A stretch of DNA of 42,132 bases, taken from Escherichia phage megetsur. Position numbers and translations under genes: made by a program. Where the stretch lies: sequence record MN850608.1. One strand, 5' to 3'. Shown here piece after piece: positions 33,221-41,039 of the stretch (positions are counted from its first letter, which is position 1; each line of letters opens with the position of its first letter). The notes below the pieces were generated by a model. That model had not been told where the DNA came from. It worked only from the letters and a program-made list of their open reading frames with translations, and did no database searches.

Positions 33221-35592
33221 TGGCGAACAGCTATAATGCTTACGTGGCGAACGGTTCACAGACCGCATTCCTCGTCACGTTCGAGCAGCGTGTGTTCACT
33301 GAGATTCAGGTGTACCTCAACTCCGAACTCCAAACGGAAGGGTACACCTACAACTCTGTGACCAAACAGATTATCTTTGACACCGCCCCGCTCGCCGGGG
33401 TGATTGTCAGACTCCAACGCTACACCACTGAGGTTCTGCTGAACAAGTTCGGCCAAGATGCTGCCTTCACCGGGCAGAACCTTGACGAGAACTTTGAGCA
33501 GATTCTGTTCAAGGCTGAGGAAACTCAGGAAGCATGGCTCGCGCCACTTGACCGCGCCGTCCGTGTTCCGAACTCCGAGGTCTCTATCAACGCACTACCG
33601 AACGTCGCTGGCCGCCGCAACAAGGCACTGGGCTTTGACAGCAATGGCCAGCCGTTCATGATTCCTCTGGTTGATATCCCGGACTCCGCTCTGGCGATTG
33701 CTCTGGCAATGGCTGACGGCGGTAAGTGGATTGGTACTCTCGGCGGCGGCACGTTCCTCGACCGACAGGATACCGTCTGCCTGTCCGAGTTCACCAACAA
33801 CACGGGGTATGCCTCTGTCGCCGCTGCGGTACAGGCTTGCTTCGACTATGCGAAAGCCAACGGCAAGGTCGTTGACGCTCGCGGCTGGGAAGGTACGGTG
33901 GATTCCACTGTGCTGATGGACGGTATTGAGGTCGTCGGCGGTACGTGGCACGGCAAGGCTGACATTCGCCTGCTGAACTCCACCTTCCGCAACTTCGTGG
34001 CCTCTACTGTCCGTGTAGCCTACTGGGGCGGCGAGGTGCGTATTGCTGACTATGAGTTCACCAGCGCACCGAGCAACTCCAAGGTTACGTCTATCCTGTT
34101 CCAAGGCAACATCGCCGGGGGCAGCTACGTCATTGAGAACGGTATCCACCGCAATGGCAAGTTCGGTATTCTCCAACAGGGTACTGGCGAGGCTATCACC
34201 AACGGCGTTATCCGTGGCATCACCATGATGGATATGCAGGGTGATGGTATCGAGATGAACGTAATCAACAAGCACTATGATGGTGGCCTGCTGATTGAGA
34301 ACATCTTCCTTGAGAACATCGACGGCACCAACGCGCCTATTCCACTGTCCAACTGGGGCATTGGTATCGGTATCGCTGGTCAAGGCCCGTTCGGTTGGGA
34401 TGCTGCTGAGACGCAGTATGCGAAGAACGTCACTGTCCGTAACGTCCATGCTCCGCGTGGCGTGCGTCAGGTCGTCCACTTCGAGGTTACGCGTGACAGC
34501 ACCTGTGAGAACGTAGTGGCTAACCCTGACCTGTCCGTCTCCATTGGCACTGGCCTGACTGCCGCTGGTGTAATCACGTACGGCTGCAAGCGCATGACCA
34601 TTGACGGTGTAGTCGGTGAGCCTATGAACACCGGAGCAACCTCTCCGAACGATATTCGTATCGTGATGCTGGAGTGGGGTGCGAACCAAGCAGGCGCTGG
34701 CGGTACGCCGGGTGCGGCTTGTCCATCGTTCGACATGACCGTGCGTAATGTGCAGACCCGTACCGGGCGCTTCTATGCTGGTGTCGGCTCCGACGATGAC
34801 AACACCAACACATATCACCTTGAAAACATTCACTGTTACAAGATGACGCTGTTTGGTGTGGCAACTCTGCTGAACATGACCAACGTGACTGGTGTGGTGT
34901 TTGACGCTGTAGGCGATGATTCCAGCGGCGGTACGTCCTCCAACGGTCTGTACCCGCGTAAGAAGACTGTTCTCAACATGGTGAACGTGAACTTCTACGG
35001 GCCGGGCATGACCGAGGGTGCGCTGTACAGTAAGGCTCGCTACTCGGATATCAGCACGCTGAACTCCAACGTGCGTGCTATCCCGTACACCAACATCCAA
35101 GGTAACGTGGGTGTCATCCTGTCTCCGGTCAACCGCATGTACACGCTGCCGAACAACCTCGCTACCCTTGACGGTAATGAGTTCCCTACCGGGAAAGAGT
35201 TCTGCGAAGGTACTGTGCTGTTCAAGACCGATGGCTCAGGTGGCAATTTCATCGTGACCCGGTTCGGTGCGTATATCCCGGATGACGGCAACAACTTCAA
35301 GGTGCGTGCTGCTGCCGCTGGCCAGACGTATCTGGAGCAGAACCTGACTCCGGCTGGTACTCAGGCGTCCACCTCGTGGCTGTACCATAAGCCAATCTCT
35401 GCTGGTACTCGACTCAACATTCCGGGTGCCGGGCCGAGCGGCGGTACGCTCACTGTGACGGTGGTGCGTGCCCCGTATCAGGTGGACAACAACATCGGAA
35501 ACCCGGTACGCATCGACATTACACCACCCCTTGTGACGGCAATCCCTGCGGGAACGCAGCTCGCCGCTACCTACCCGGTGGCTTACATCTAA
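33220..35592 (+). CDS. tail fibre / tailspike with T7 gp17-like N-terminal anchor and beta-helix (depolymerase-like) body
   Basis: N-terminal ~120 aa resemble the T7 gp17 adaptor region; the rest is Gly/Asn/Thr/Val-rich with repeats typical of a right-handed beta-helix. Confidence 0.75.
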   Translation: MANSYNAYVANGSQTAFLVTFEQRVFTEIQVYLNSELQTEGYTYNSVTKQIIFDTAPLAGVIVRLQRYTTEVLLNKFGQDAAFTGQNLDENFEQILFKAEETQEAWLAPLDRAVRVPNSEVSINALPNVAGRRNKALGFDSNGQPFMIPLVDIPDSALAIALAMADGGKWIGTLGGGTFLDRQDTVCLSEFTNNTGYASVAAAVQACFDYAKANGKVVDARGWEGTVDSTVLMDGIEVVGGTWHGKADIRLLNSTFRNFVASTVRVAYWGGEVRIADYEFTSAPSNSKVTSILFQGNIAGGSYVIENGIHRNGKFGILQQGTGEAITNGVIRGITMMDMQGDGIEMNVINKHYDGGLLIENIFLENIDGTNAPIPLSNWGIGIGIAGQGPFGWDAAETQYAKNVTVRNVHAPRGVRQVVHFEVTRDSTCENVVANPDLSVSIGTGLTAAGVITYGCKRMTIDGVVGEPMNTGATSPNDIRIVMLEWGANQAGAGGTPGAACPSFDMTVRNVQTRTGRFYAGVGSDDDNTNTYHLENIHCYKMTLFGVATLLNMTNVTGVVFDAVGDDSSGGTSSNGLYPRKKTVLNMVNVNFYGPGMTEGALYSKARYSDISTLNSNVRAIPYTNIQGNVGVILSPVNRMYTLPNNLATLDGNEFPTGKEFCEGTVLFKTDGSGGNFIVTRFGAYIPDDGNNFKVRAAAAGQTYLEQNLTPAGTQASTSWLYHKPISAGTRLNIPGAGPSGGTLTVTVVRAPYQVDNNIGNPVRIDITPPLVTAIPAGTQLAATYPVAYI

Positions 35593-35603
35593 GGAGAAAC
35601 CAC

Positions 35604-35909
35604 ATGGCATCCGTGAATAAGCAGCTCGACGGGCTGCACCGGATGCTGGTGGAGTATCTGTCCGACCGCTTGGCCGACGCTCGTAGGAAAGATGAACACG
35701 GCAATATCATCGAACCTATGGCGGCGGCTGAGCTGTCCGTACTTCGCCAGTTCCTGAAAGATAACGGTATTCAGGCTGATAAAGACCACGCCGACGATTT
35801 ACTCGCGCTGCAAGAGCAGCTCAATAACGAGAAAACGGAAGCAGGTCGTAAAGATATCATGTCTGCTGCCATCAACTCAATCGCAGAAGATAGCGGGATG
35901 ATGCACTAA
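35604..35909 (+). CDS. terminase small subunit
   Basis: 101 aa directly upstream of the large terminase; AAGGAG RBS. Confidence 0.55.
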   Translation: MASVNKQLDGLHRMLVEYLSDRLADARRKDEHGNIIEPMAAAELSVLRQFLKDNGIQADKDHADDLLALQEQLNNEKTEAGRKDIMSAAINSIAEDSGMMH

Positions 35910-37669
35910 TGGATTTACAACGCCGCATGGTGATGGCAGGAATCGTTCGCGCTCACTACGAGAACAACTTCCCGCTATTCCTGCATGACTACTTCGCATG
36001 GCTGGGCTTTGACCTCACTGAAATGCAGCTCGACATTGGCCGCTACATGGCCGACAGGACGCTCAAGAACAAGTGCGTCATGGCGCAGCGTGGTGAGGCA
36101 AAGTCCACCATCGGTATTGCTCGCGCTCTGTACGAATTTGTGCAGATGCCGAACGCCACTGTCCTGCTTGTGTCCGGTTCCGACGACTATGCTGGTACGC
36201 TGTCGCACGCTATCGTGTCGGCTATCATGCAATGGGAACGTCTGGAATGGCTTAAGCCAGAGACTCGCGCTGGCGCACGTACGTCATTTACTGACGGCTT
36301 CGACGTGCATCACGCCTTCCGTATCCCTGACAAACAACCCTCTGTAAAAGCGGTCGGTATCTTCGGCCAGTTGCAGGGGAACCACGTATCGCTGTTGATT
36401 GCCGATGACGTGGAGACTACCAGTAACGGTAGCTCTCCTGCCAACCGCGCCCGTATCAACACCCTGACCAAAGAGTTCGCGGCTATCGCCAACGATGGTG
36501 CAGAGATTCTGTACCTCGGCACGCCACAGACTCAAGACTCCATCTACAACACGCTCCCACAGCGTGGCTTCGACGTTCGCATCTGGCCCGGTCGTTTCCC
36601 AACGGTTGAGGAAGAAGAACGCTACGGCGGCTGTCTGGCCCCGTGGATTAAGCAGAAGATGGAAGGCCACCCTGAGCTGCGTACCGGACACGGTATCCTT
36701 GGGAACCGTGGCGCACAGACTGACCCGCAACGCTACTCCGAAGAAAAGCAGTTGCAGAACGAACGAGACTACCAGCAGGCAGGCTTCCAGTTGCAGTTCA
36801 TGCTGGATACGTCGCTGTCGGATGCGCTCAAACAAACGTTACATCTCAAAGACTTAATCTTCTTCCACGGCTCAACGCAGTCTGCGCCGGAGGTTCTGCA
36901 TTGGTCGAACCACCCGCGCCATGCCGCCGAGCTGCCACTGGATTTCCCACTGGCTCGTGCTCAGCTATTCTTGGCTGCTGATTTCTCGGACACTTATGTA
37001 CCATTCGAAAATACCTCGGCGTTTCTTGACCCTGCTGGTGGTGGGTCGGACGAATCAGTTATCATTGCCACCGCTTCTGTCGGCCCGTTTATCCACGTCA
37101 TCGGTATGCACGTCTACCACGGCGGCCAGACGGAGGAAAACATCAAGGCGGCGGTAGAGTGGCTCGCTGAAACCGGGGTTAAACGGCTGGTCATTGAGGA
37201 TAACATGGGCCACGGCACCGTGACCAACATGTACCGAGGTGAGATTAAGCGCCAGAGCTTGACGATTGGCTGTGAAGGCGTGTATTCGTCCGGCCAGAAA
37301 GAGGTGCGTATCATCAACCGCCTTGGCCCAATCATGCAGCGCCACCGTGTAGTTGTACACTGGTGCGTTGTTGAAGAAGACCTGCGGCTGTGTCGCGGGA
37401 TGAACAACGGTGGTCGAGAGTTCAGCCTGTTCTGGCAGCTCCAGAACCTGACACAAGACCGTCAATCCATCCCACACGATGACCGTATCGAAACCCTATC
37501 TGCTGCCGTGTACCTGCACGCCGAGGTGCTACAGCAGGACGAACATGAAGAAGCTGCCAAGCGCGAGACGGCTGCCGCACGCGAGTTCCTTGCCAACCCT
37601 ATGGGTTACGATGACTCGAAGTGGCGTAGCCATAAACCTGTGCGCGGCACGCGACGGAGAATCAAATAA
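35909..37669 (+). CDS. terminase large subunit
   Basis: 586 aa, same length class as T7 gp19; P-loop-like RGEAKST near the N-terminus. Confidence 0.8.
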   Translation: MDLQRRMVMAGIVRAHYENNFPLFLHDYFAWLGFDLTEMQLDIGRYMADRTLKNKCVMAQRGEAKSTIGIARALYEFVQMPNATVLLVSGSDDYAGTLSHAIVSAIMQWERLEWLKPETRAGARTSFTDGFDVHHAFRIPDKQPSVKAVGIFGQLQGNHVSLLIADDVETTSNGSSPANRARINTLTKEFAAIANDGAEILYLGTPQTQDSIYNTLPQRGFDVRIWPGRFPTVEEEERYGGCLAPWIKQKMEGHPELRTGHGILGNRGAQTDPQRYSEEKQLQNERDYQQAGFQLQFMLDTSLSDALKQTLHLKDLIFFHGSTQSAPEVLHWSNHPRHAAELPLDFPLARAQLFLAADFSDTYVPFENTSAFLDPAGGGSDESVIIATASVGPFIHVIGMHVYHGGQTEENIKAAVEWLAETGVKRLVIEDNMGHGTVTNMYRGEIKRQSLTIGCEGVYSSGQKEVRIINRLGPIMQRHRVVVHWCVVEEDLRLCRGMNNGGREFSLFWQLQNLTQDRQSIPHDDRIETLSAAVYLHAEVLQQDEHEEAAKRETAAAREFLANPMGYDDSKWRSHKPVRGTRRRIK

Positions 37670-38349
37670 TGTCCATCATCACCATCACTGATGCACAGCG
37701 TTATGAGCTTGGCTATCGCTGCGGTATCGCAGCTAATGTGACTCAACGCTTTATCAATGATACCCGTATAGTGACGGCAGCTCAGGCTGCTGATATTGAA
37801 ACGGCTATCACCAATCTGGTGGCGGCACTTGAGGCGGCTGGCTATGCTGGTACGCCGGAAGGTTCCGCTCTGCTGGCTGACGGCGCTACTGTATCTGTGG
37901 TCAACTCCGCAGGTAACGATGCGCACAATGCCACAGCCAACGTTACTGGCACCACGCTGGATAACGTACAGCTCGTCCTGTCTACCGCAGCACTGGTAGA
38001 CCACACTGACTCAACTGAGATTCGTCGCTTCGACGGCTCTATCCTCGGCATCACCACTGCCACCGCCCGTGTAGCTGACGGCCTGCTGAGCAATGTGCGG
38101 CTCCCGGCTAACGCCGATGCAGTGCTTAACGGTTCGACTTACTCCATCCGTAACTCTGCTGGTGCTGACGCTCATAACGCCACTGCTCTCGTGGCAAGCA
38201 ACGGTGCCCTCACTGGCTTTAACCTCGCCGCTACTGTGGCCATGGTGGATAACGGTGATGCACTGGCTATCCCGGTAACTGGCACCTACGTGGATACTGT
38301 TACCTTCACTGTCGCTAGTGGTGTAATCACTGGCATCGCACTCTCTTAA
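37669..38349 (+). CDS. hypothetical Ser/Thr/Ala/Asn-rich protein with an internal ~50-aa tandem repeat
   Basis: Repeat units ...NSAGNDAHNATANVTG... and ...NSAGADAHNATALVAS...; TAATG overlap with the terminase stop. Confidence 0.5.
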   Translation: MSIITITDAQRYELGYRCGIAANVTQRFINDTRIVTAAQAADIETAITNLVAALEAAGYAGTPEGSALLADGATVSVVNSAGNDAHNATANVTGTTLDNVQLVLSTAALVDHTDSTEIRRFDGSILGITTATARVADGLLSNVRLPANADAVLNGSTYSIRNSAGADAHNATALVASNGALTGFNLAATVAMVDNGDALAIPVTGTYVDTVTFTVASGVITGIALS

Positions 38350-38360
38350 GGAGAATCTTT

Positions 38361-38555
38361 ATGGCACTTGTTGACTCTACCGCTGCTGAACGTGCGGAGT
38401 TCGTGGCAGCCTGCAATATGGCGGCCAAGTATCTGAACGTTTGGACGGAAGACTACTTCTTCGATACCACCAACACTGAGCTGGTGGTGTATTACCAAGA
38501 GTCCGTGACCCGTGTTCAAACGGCGCTCACTAACCTGACGAACGCCGCAGCGTAA
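38361..38555 (+). CDS. hypothetical protein (64 aa)
   Basis: ATG 38361 with AAGGAG upstream. Confidence 0.45.
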   Translation: MALVDSTAAERAEFVAACNMAAKYLNVWTEDYFFDTTNTELVVYYQESVTRVQTALTNLTNAAA

Positions 38556-38565
38556 GGGGTATCTC

Positions 38566-39054
38566 ATGAAACTGTCTCGGCTAATGGCCGGGGCAGTCCT
38601 ATCAGCGTCGCTGACTCTGACGGGCTGCTCCGCAACTAGCGCACTGTCTGCTGTAACTTCGGCTGTATCTCCCAATAAGCCGGAACTGACGGCTCAGGTA
38701 GGTGCAGAAAATACGAAGCAAGGTATCGGTGTGACTGCGAAACAGTCCGATGAAACCGAAGTCGGTGACGTATCTGGCAACGCGAAAGTGGATACCGCTA
38801 AGCAGGGTTCGAATGGCACATCCATCAAGGACGTATCAGGAGGCTCTGTAAACGCTTCTAAGCAGGGGTCGCAAATGACCCAAGGAAACGTACAGGCTCG
38901 CACGGTTATCGTCTCTCAGAGCGACCCACGCAGCCTCCTATGGGCTTTCGGCATGGGCCTTACGTGTATCCTTGGTTTAGTCATGTGGTTTGTACCATCT
39001 CCGTGGAAAAGGAAAGTGAAAGATGACGGAAGCAAAGAAGGAGCCATCTCCTAA
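38566..39054 (+). CDS. lipoprotein with C-terminal transmembrane anchor; candidate unimolecular spanin
   Basis: Signal peptide MKLSRLMAGAVLSASLTLTG|C with lipobox LTGC; C-terminal hydrophobic LLWAFGMGLTCILGLVMWFV followed by KRKVK. Confidence 0.5.
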   Translation: MKLSRLMAGAVLSASLTLTGCSATSALSAVTSAVSPNKPELTAQVGAENTKQGIGVTAKQSDETEVGDVSGNAKVDTAKQGSNGTSIKDVSGGSVNASKQGSQMTQGNVQARTVIVSQSDPRSLLWAFGMGLTCILGLVMWFVPSPWKRKVKDDGSKEGAIS

Positions 39055-39406
39055 CATCCACTCGCGTATGGGTGCAGTGGAGGCTCGTATGCAGACCGTA
39101 GAACTTCGACTTGACAAGCACGAGGTACAAATCGCCACTCTTGAAAAGGGCGATGCTGCAATGATTTCCAAGCTGGCTGAGAACGACCTCCGCTGGCAGA
39201 CGGTTCAACAGCAGCTCCTTGTGGTTGAGCAAATTCAGGACATTCAAAAGACTATGAGCCATATCGGTAAGTTGTTTACGGCGGCGGCTCACGCTGTCAA
39301 ATGGTGTCTCTTAACTGCATCCCTGTGTAGCGGTATCTACTTAGCAATCAAGGCTGGTGACTTAAGCTCACTGCAAGCCTTCATCACTACACTACTGGGG
39401 ATGTAA
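39023..39406 (+). CDS. coiled-coil protein with C-terminal hydrophobic segment; possible holin or lysis accessory protein
   Basis: 127 aa; C-terminal AVKWCLLTASLCSGIYLAI; sits between the lipoprotein and the endolysin. Confidence 0.4.
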   Translation: MTEAKKEPSPNIHSRMGAVEARMQTVELRLDKHEVQIATLEKGDAAMISKLAENDLRWQTVQQQLLVVEQIQDIQKTMSHIGKLFTAAAHAVKWCLLTASLCSGIYLAIKAGDLSSLQAFITTLLGM

Positions 39407-39942
39407 TGACTAACTTTGAAATCTGTATGCGGTTCACCGGGCTGGCAGAAGGTGGTTACACCAAGCTGCCCGGCGATACCGGAGGGGAAACGAATCATGG
39501 AATTAGCGACGCTCGTGATGGCAAACTGGATGGCAGAGCTTGTGGTGTCCCTACTGGGCTTGGCGGTACTATTTGCGTGCCTATCAAAGCCCTCACCAAA
39601 GCACAAGCCGAAGCAATCTATCGACGGGATTACTACGCCCCCATCCGAGGTGACGAGCTTCACCCTGCGATTGCATGTGCCGTGTTTGACTACGGTGTCA
39701 ACTCCGGTGTCTCCCGTGCGGCGAAAGCTCTACAGCGGGTATGCGGCGTTGCACAAGACGGGATTGTTGGCCCTGCTACCGTGGCAGCAGCCAAACGTCT
39801 GGAACCTCACTCCGCAGCAGCAGCCATCTGTGACCTTCGTATTGCGTTCCTAAAGGCTTCTACAGCCCCGACAGTGGTTCGCTATAGGGATGCCTTGGTT
39901 GCTCGTGCAAAACGCTGTAGCGCTTACTGTGCGACGCTGTAG
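39406..39942 (+). CDS. endolysin, glycoside hydrolase family 108-like catalytic domain with C-terminal peptidoglycan-binding domain
   Basis: LAEGGYTKLPGDTGGETNHGIS resembles the GH108 signature; C-terminal region resembles PG_binding_3; no N-terminal SAR/TM segment. Confidence 0.7.
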   Translation: MTNFEICMRFTGLAEGGYTKLPGDTGGETNHGISDARDGKLDGRACGVPTGLGGTICVPIKALTKAQAEAIYRRDYYAPIRGDELHPAIACAVFDYGVNSGVSRAAKALQRVCGVAQDGIVGPATVAAAKRLEPHSAAAAICDLRIAFLKASTAPTVVRYRDALVARAKRCSAYCATL

Positions 39943-40059
39943 GGGTATCCAAAAGCTGACGCAATGAACAGGCCGTGGGTGCAATACCCCGGCTTGAAAA
40001 TTGCACGTTTATGCTTGCCCCTCCCTCGACCCAAATGACCGCGCGTGCCCCCATAGCGT

Positions 40060-40530
40060 GTGCGCGGATTAGCCTCGCGACGTGCGCGATATTTGCTCGC
40101 GTGCGCTGCGCGGCGCGTCAAGAGGATTGCCTGCGTGCGGTATAGCTCGTGCGTGTCGCGTTTCATCGTCTGCCGTGTGGCGTGCTGTGCGCTGTCCTGC
40201 TGGCTGTGCTGTGCGGTGCTGTCCTATGGGGACGCTCTGCGCTGGCTGTGCGGTGCTGCGTGCTGCGCTCGGTCGGGCGGGTATCTGTCTCTTTTGCTCG
40301 CAAGCTCTGCGCCGTGGTGGTGCTGTGTGGTGGCGGTGGTGCTGCCGTGGTGCTGTCCTGTCTGCTGGCCTACTGTCTGCGCCGCCAGCTCTGCGCGTCA
40401 TGCTCTGCTACTGTGTCACCTGTCCTACTGCGTTCACTGGCTGCCGCCTGTCATCCTGTCGGATTCCATCCGTTGCCGTTCCGCGCTCGCTTGTTTCGGC
40501 TGCGCCGCGCTCGCTCTGCGTATCTAGCGA
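40060..40530 (+). repeat. strand-skewed G/T-rich low-complexity tract (A-poor on + strand)
   Basis: Reiterated GCTGTG, GTGGTG, CTGCGC units; three + frames and one - frame stay open, which is composition-driven and not coding. Confidence 0.7.
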
Positions 40531-40535
40531 TACTA

Positions 40536-40556
40536 TATCACTATAGACACTTTCAT
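40536..40556 (-). promoter_or_regulatory. copy D (inverted) of the 21-bp element ATGAAAGTGTCTATAGTGATA
   Basis: Exact reverse complement of 18857-18877; flank similarity extends to about 50 bp; the + strand here reads TCACTATAG, identical to T7 promoter positions -8 to +1. Confidence 0.4.
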
Positions 40557-40562
40557 AATTAT

Positions 40563-40583
40563 CTAATGATTACAGTAACTTAT
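40563..40583 (+). repeat. 21-bp direct repeat, copy 1 (CTAATGATTACAGTAACTTAT)
   Basis: Exact second copy at 40642-40662; contains palindromic core TTACAGTAA. Confidence 0.85.
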
Positions 40584-40641
40584 GACCTATCTGATAACGG
40601 TATTCTATCCAGTGTTGTGATTATCCAATCAAACTTTAATC

Positions 40642-40662
40642 CTAATGATTACAGTAACTTAT
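40642..40662 (+). repeat. 21-bp direct repeat, copy 2
   Basis: Identical to 40563-40583, 79 bp downstream. Confidence 0.85.
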
Positions 40663-40683
40663 CACTTTTCTTGAAAATAATAC

Positions 40684-40713
40684 TTGCAAACTGTTTTGGT
40701 TATGTGCTGTAAT
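40684..40713 (+). promoter_or_regulatory. sigma70-type promoter P0 (TTGCAA-N18-TGcTGTAAT)
   Basis: -35 TTGCAA at 40684-40689, extended -10 TGCTGTAAT at 40705-40713. Confidence 0.5.
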
Positions 40714-40785
40714 TCATCACGTCTAAAGGCACTAGCCCAGTAGACACAGACAGACGGTAGCATCGCTCTTTAACAATCTGGTGTG

Positions 40786-40814
40786 TTGACAAGGCAAGCT
40801 CACTATGCTGTAAT
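40786..40814 (+). promoter_or_regulatory. sigma70-type early promoter P1 (TTGACA-N17-TGcTGTAAT)
   Basis: Consensus -35 TTGACA, 17-nt spacer, extended -10 TGCTGTAAT. Confidence 0.6.
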
Positions 40815-40922
40815 GCTTCCAGTCAGCCAGACAAGCCAAATAGTGATGGATAAACACGTTAACACCCGCGTAGGCTAACTGGTACGGTTTAATTAACTCA
40901 GAACGGGCGCTGATTAAATCGG

Positions 40923-40951
40923 TTGACAGGATGAAACGAGTATGCTGTAAT
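40923..40951 (+). promoter_or_regulatory. sigma70-type early promoter P2 (TTGACA-N17-TGcTGTAAT)
   Basis: Same architecture as P1. Confidence 0.6.
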
Positions 40952-41002
40952 ACACACCAGATTGACAGGGCAGCAAGCCAGTCAGTCAGAAGTAAAAAGT
41001 AG

Positions 41003-41031
41003 TTGACACGCTGAATACGATGTGATGTAAT
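41003..41031 (+). promoter_or_regulatory. sigma70-type early promoter P3 (TTGACA-N17-TGaTGTAAT)
   Basis: Same architecture as P1 and P2. Confidence 0.6.
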
Positions 41032-41039
41032 CAGCACCG

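Noticed and set aside
33595-35100. Minus-strand ORF of 501 codons
   Set aside because: Antisense to the tailspike gene, whose N-terminus matches the T7 gp17 anchor; the long open frame is a GC-composition artefact.
39878-39892. T7-promoter-like CTATAGGGA inside the endolysin gene
   Set aside because: Only a short downstream-half match, with no upstream similarity to the conserved 21-bp element; likely chance.
40300-40360. Chi-like GTGGTGG runs in the skewed tract
   Set aside because: No exact GCTGGTGG octamer was found; the resemblance follows from the low-complexity composition.
40060-40712. Several overlapping ORFs on both strands in the G/T-skewed tract (for example 40082-40546 +, 40069-40401 -)
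   Set aside because: Four frames are simultaneously open because of low complexity and the lack of A/T-rich stop codons; there is no RBS and the translations are Cys/Ala/Arg-rich.
40962-40967. Fifth TTGACA hexamer between promoters P2 and P3
   Set aside because: No acceptable -10 hexamer at 16-19 nt spacing; possibly a decoy or binding site but not a supported promoter.
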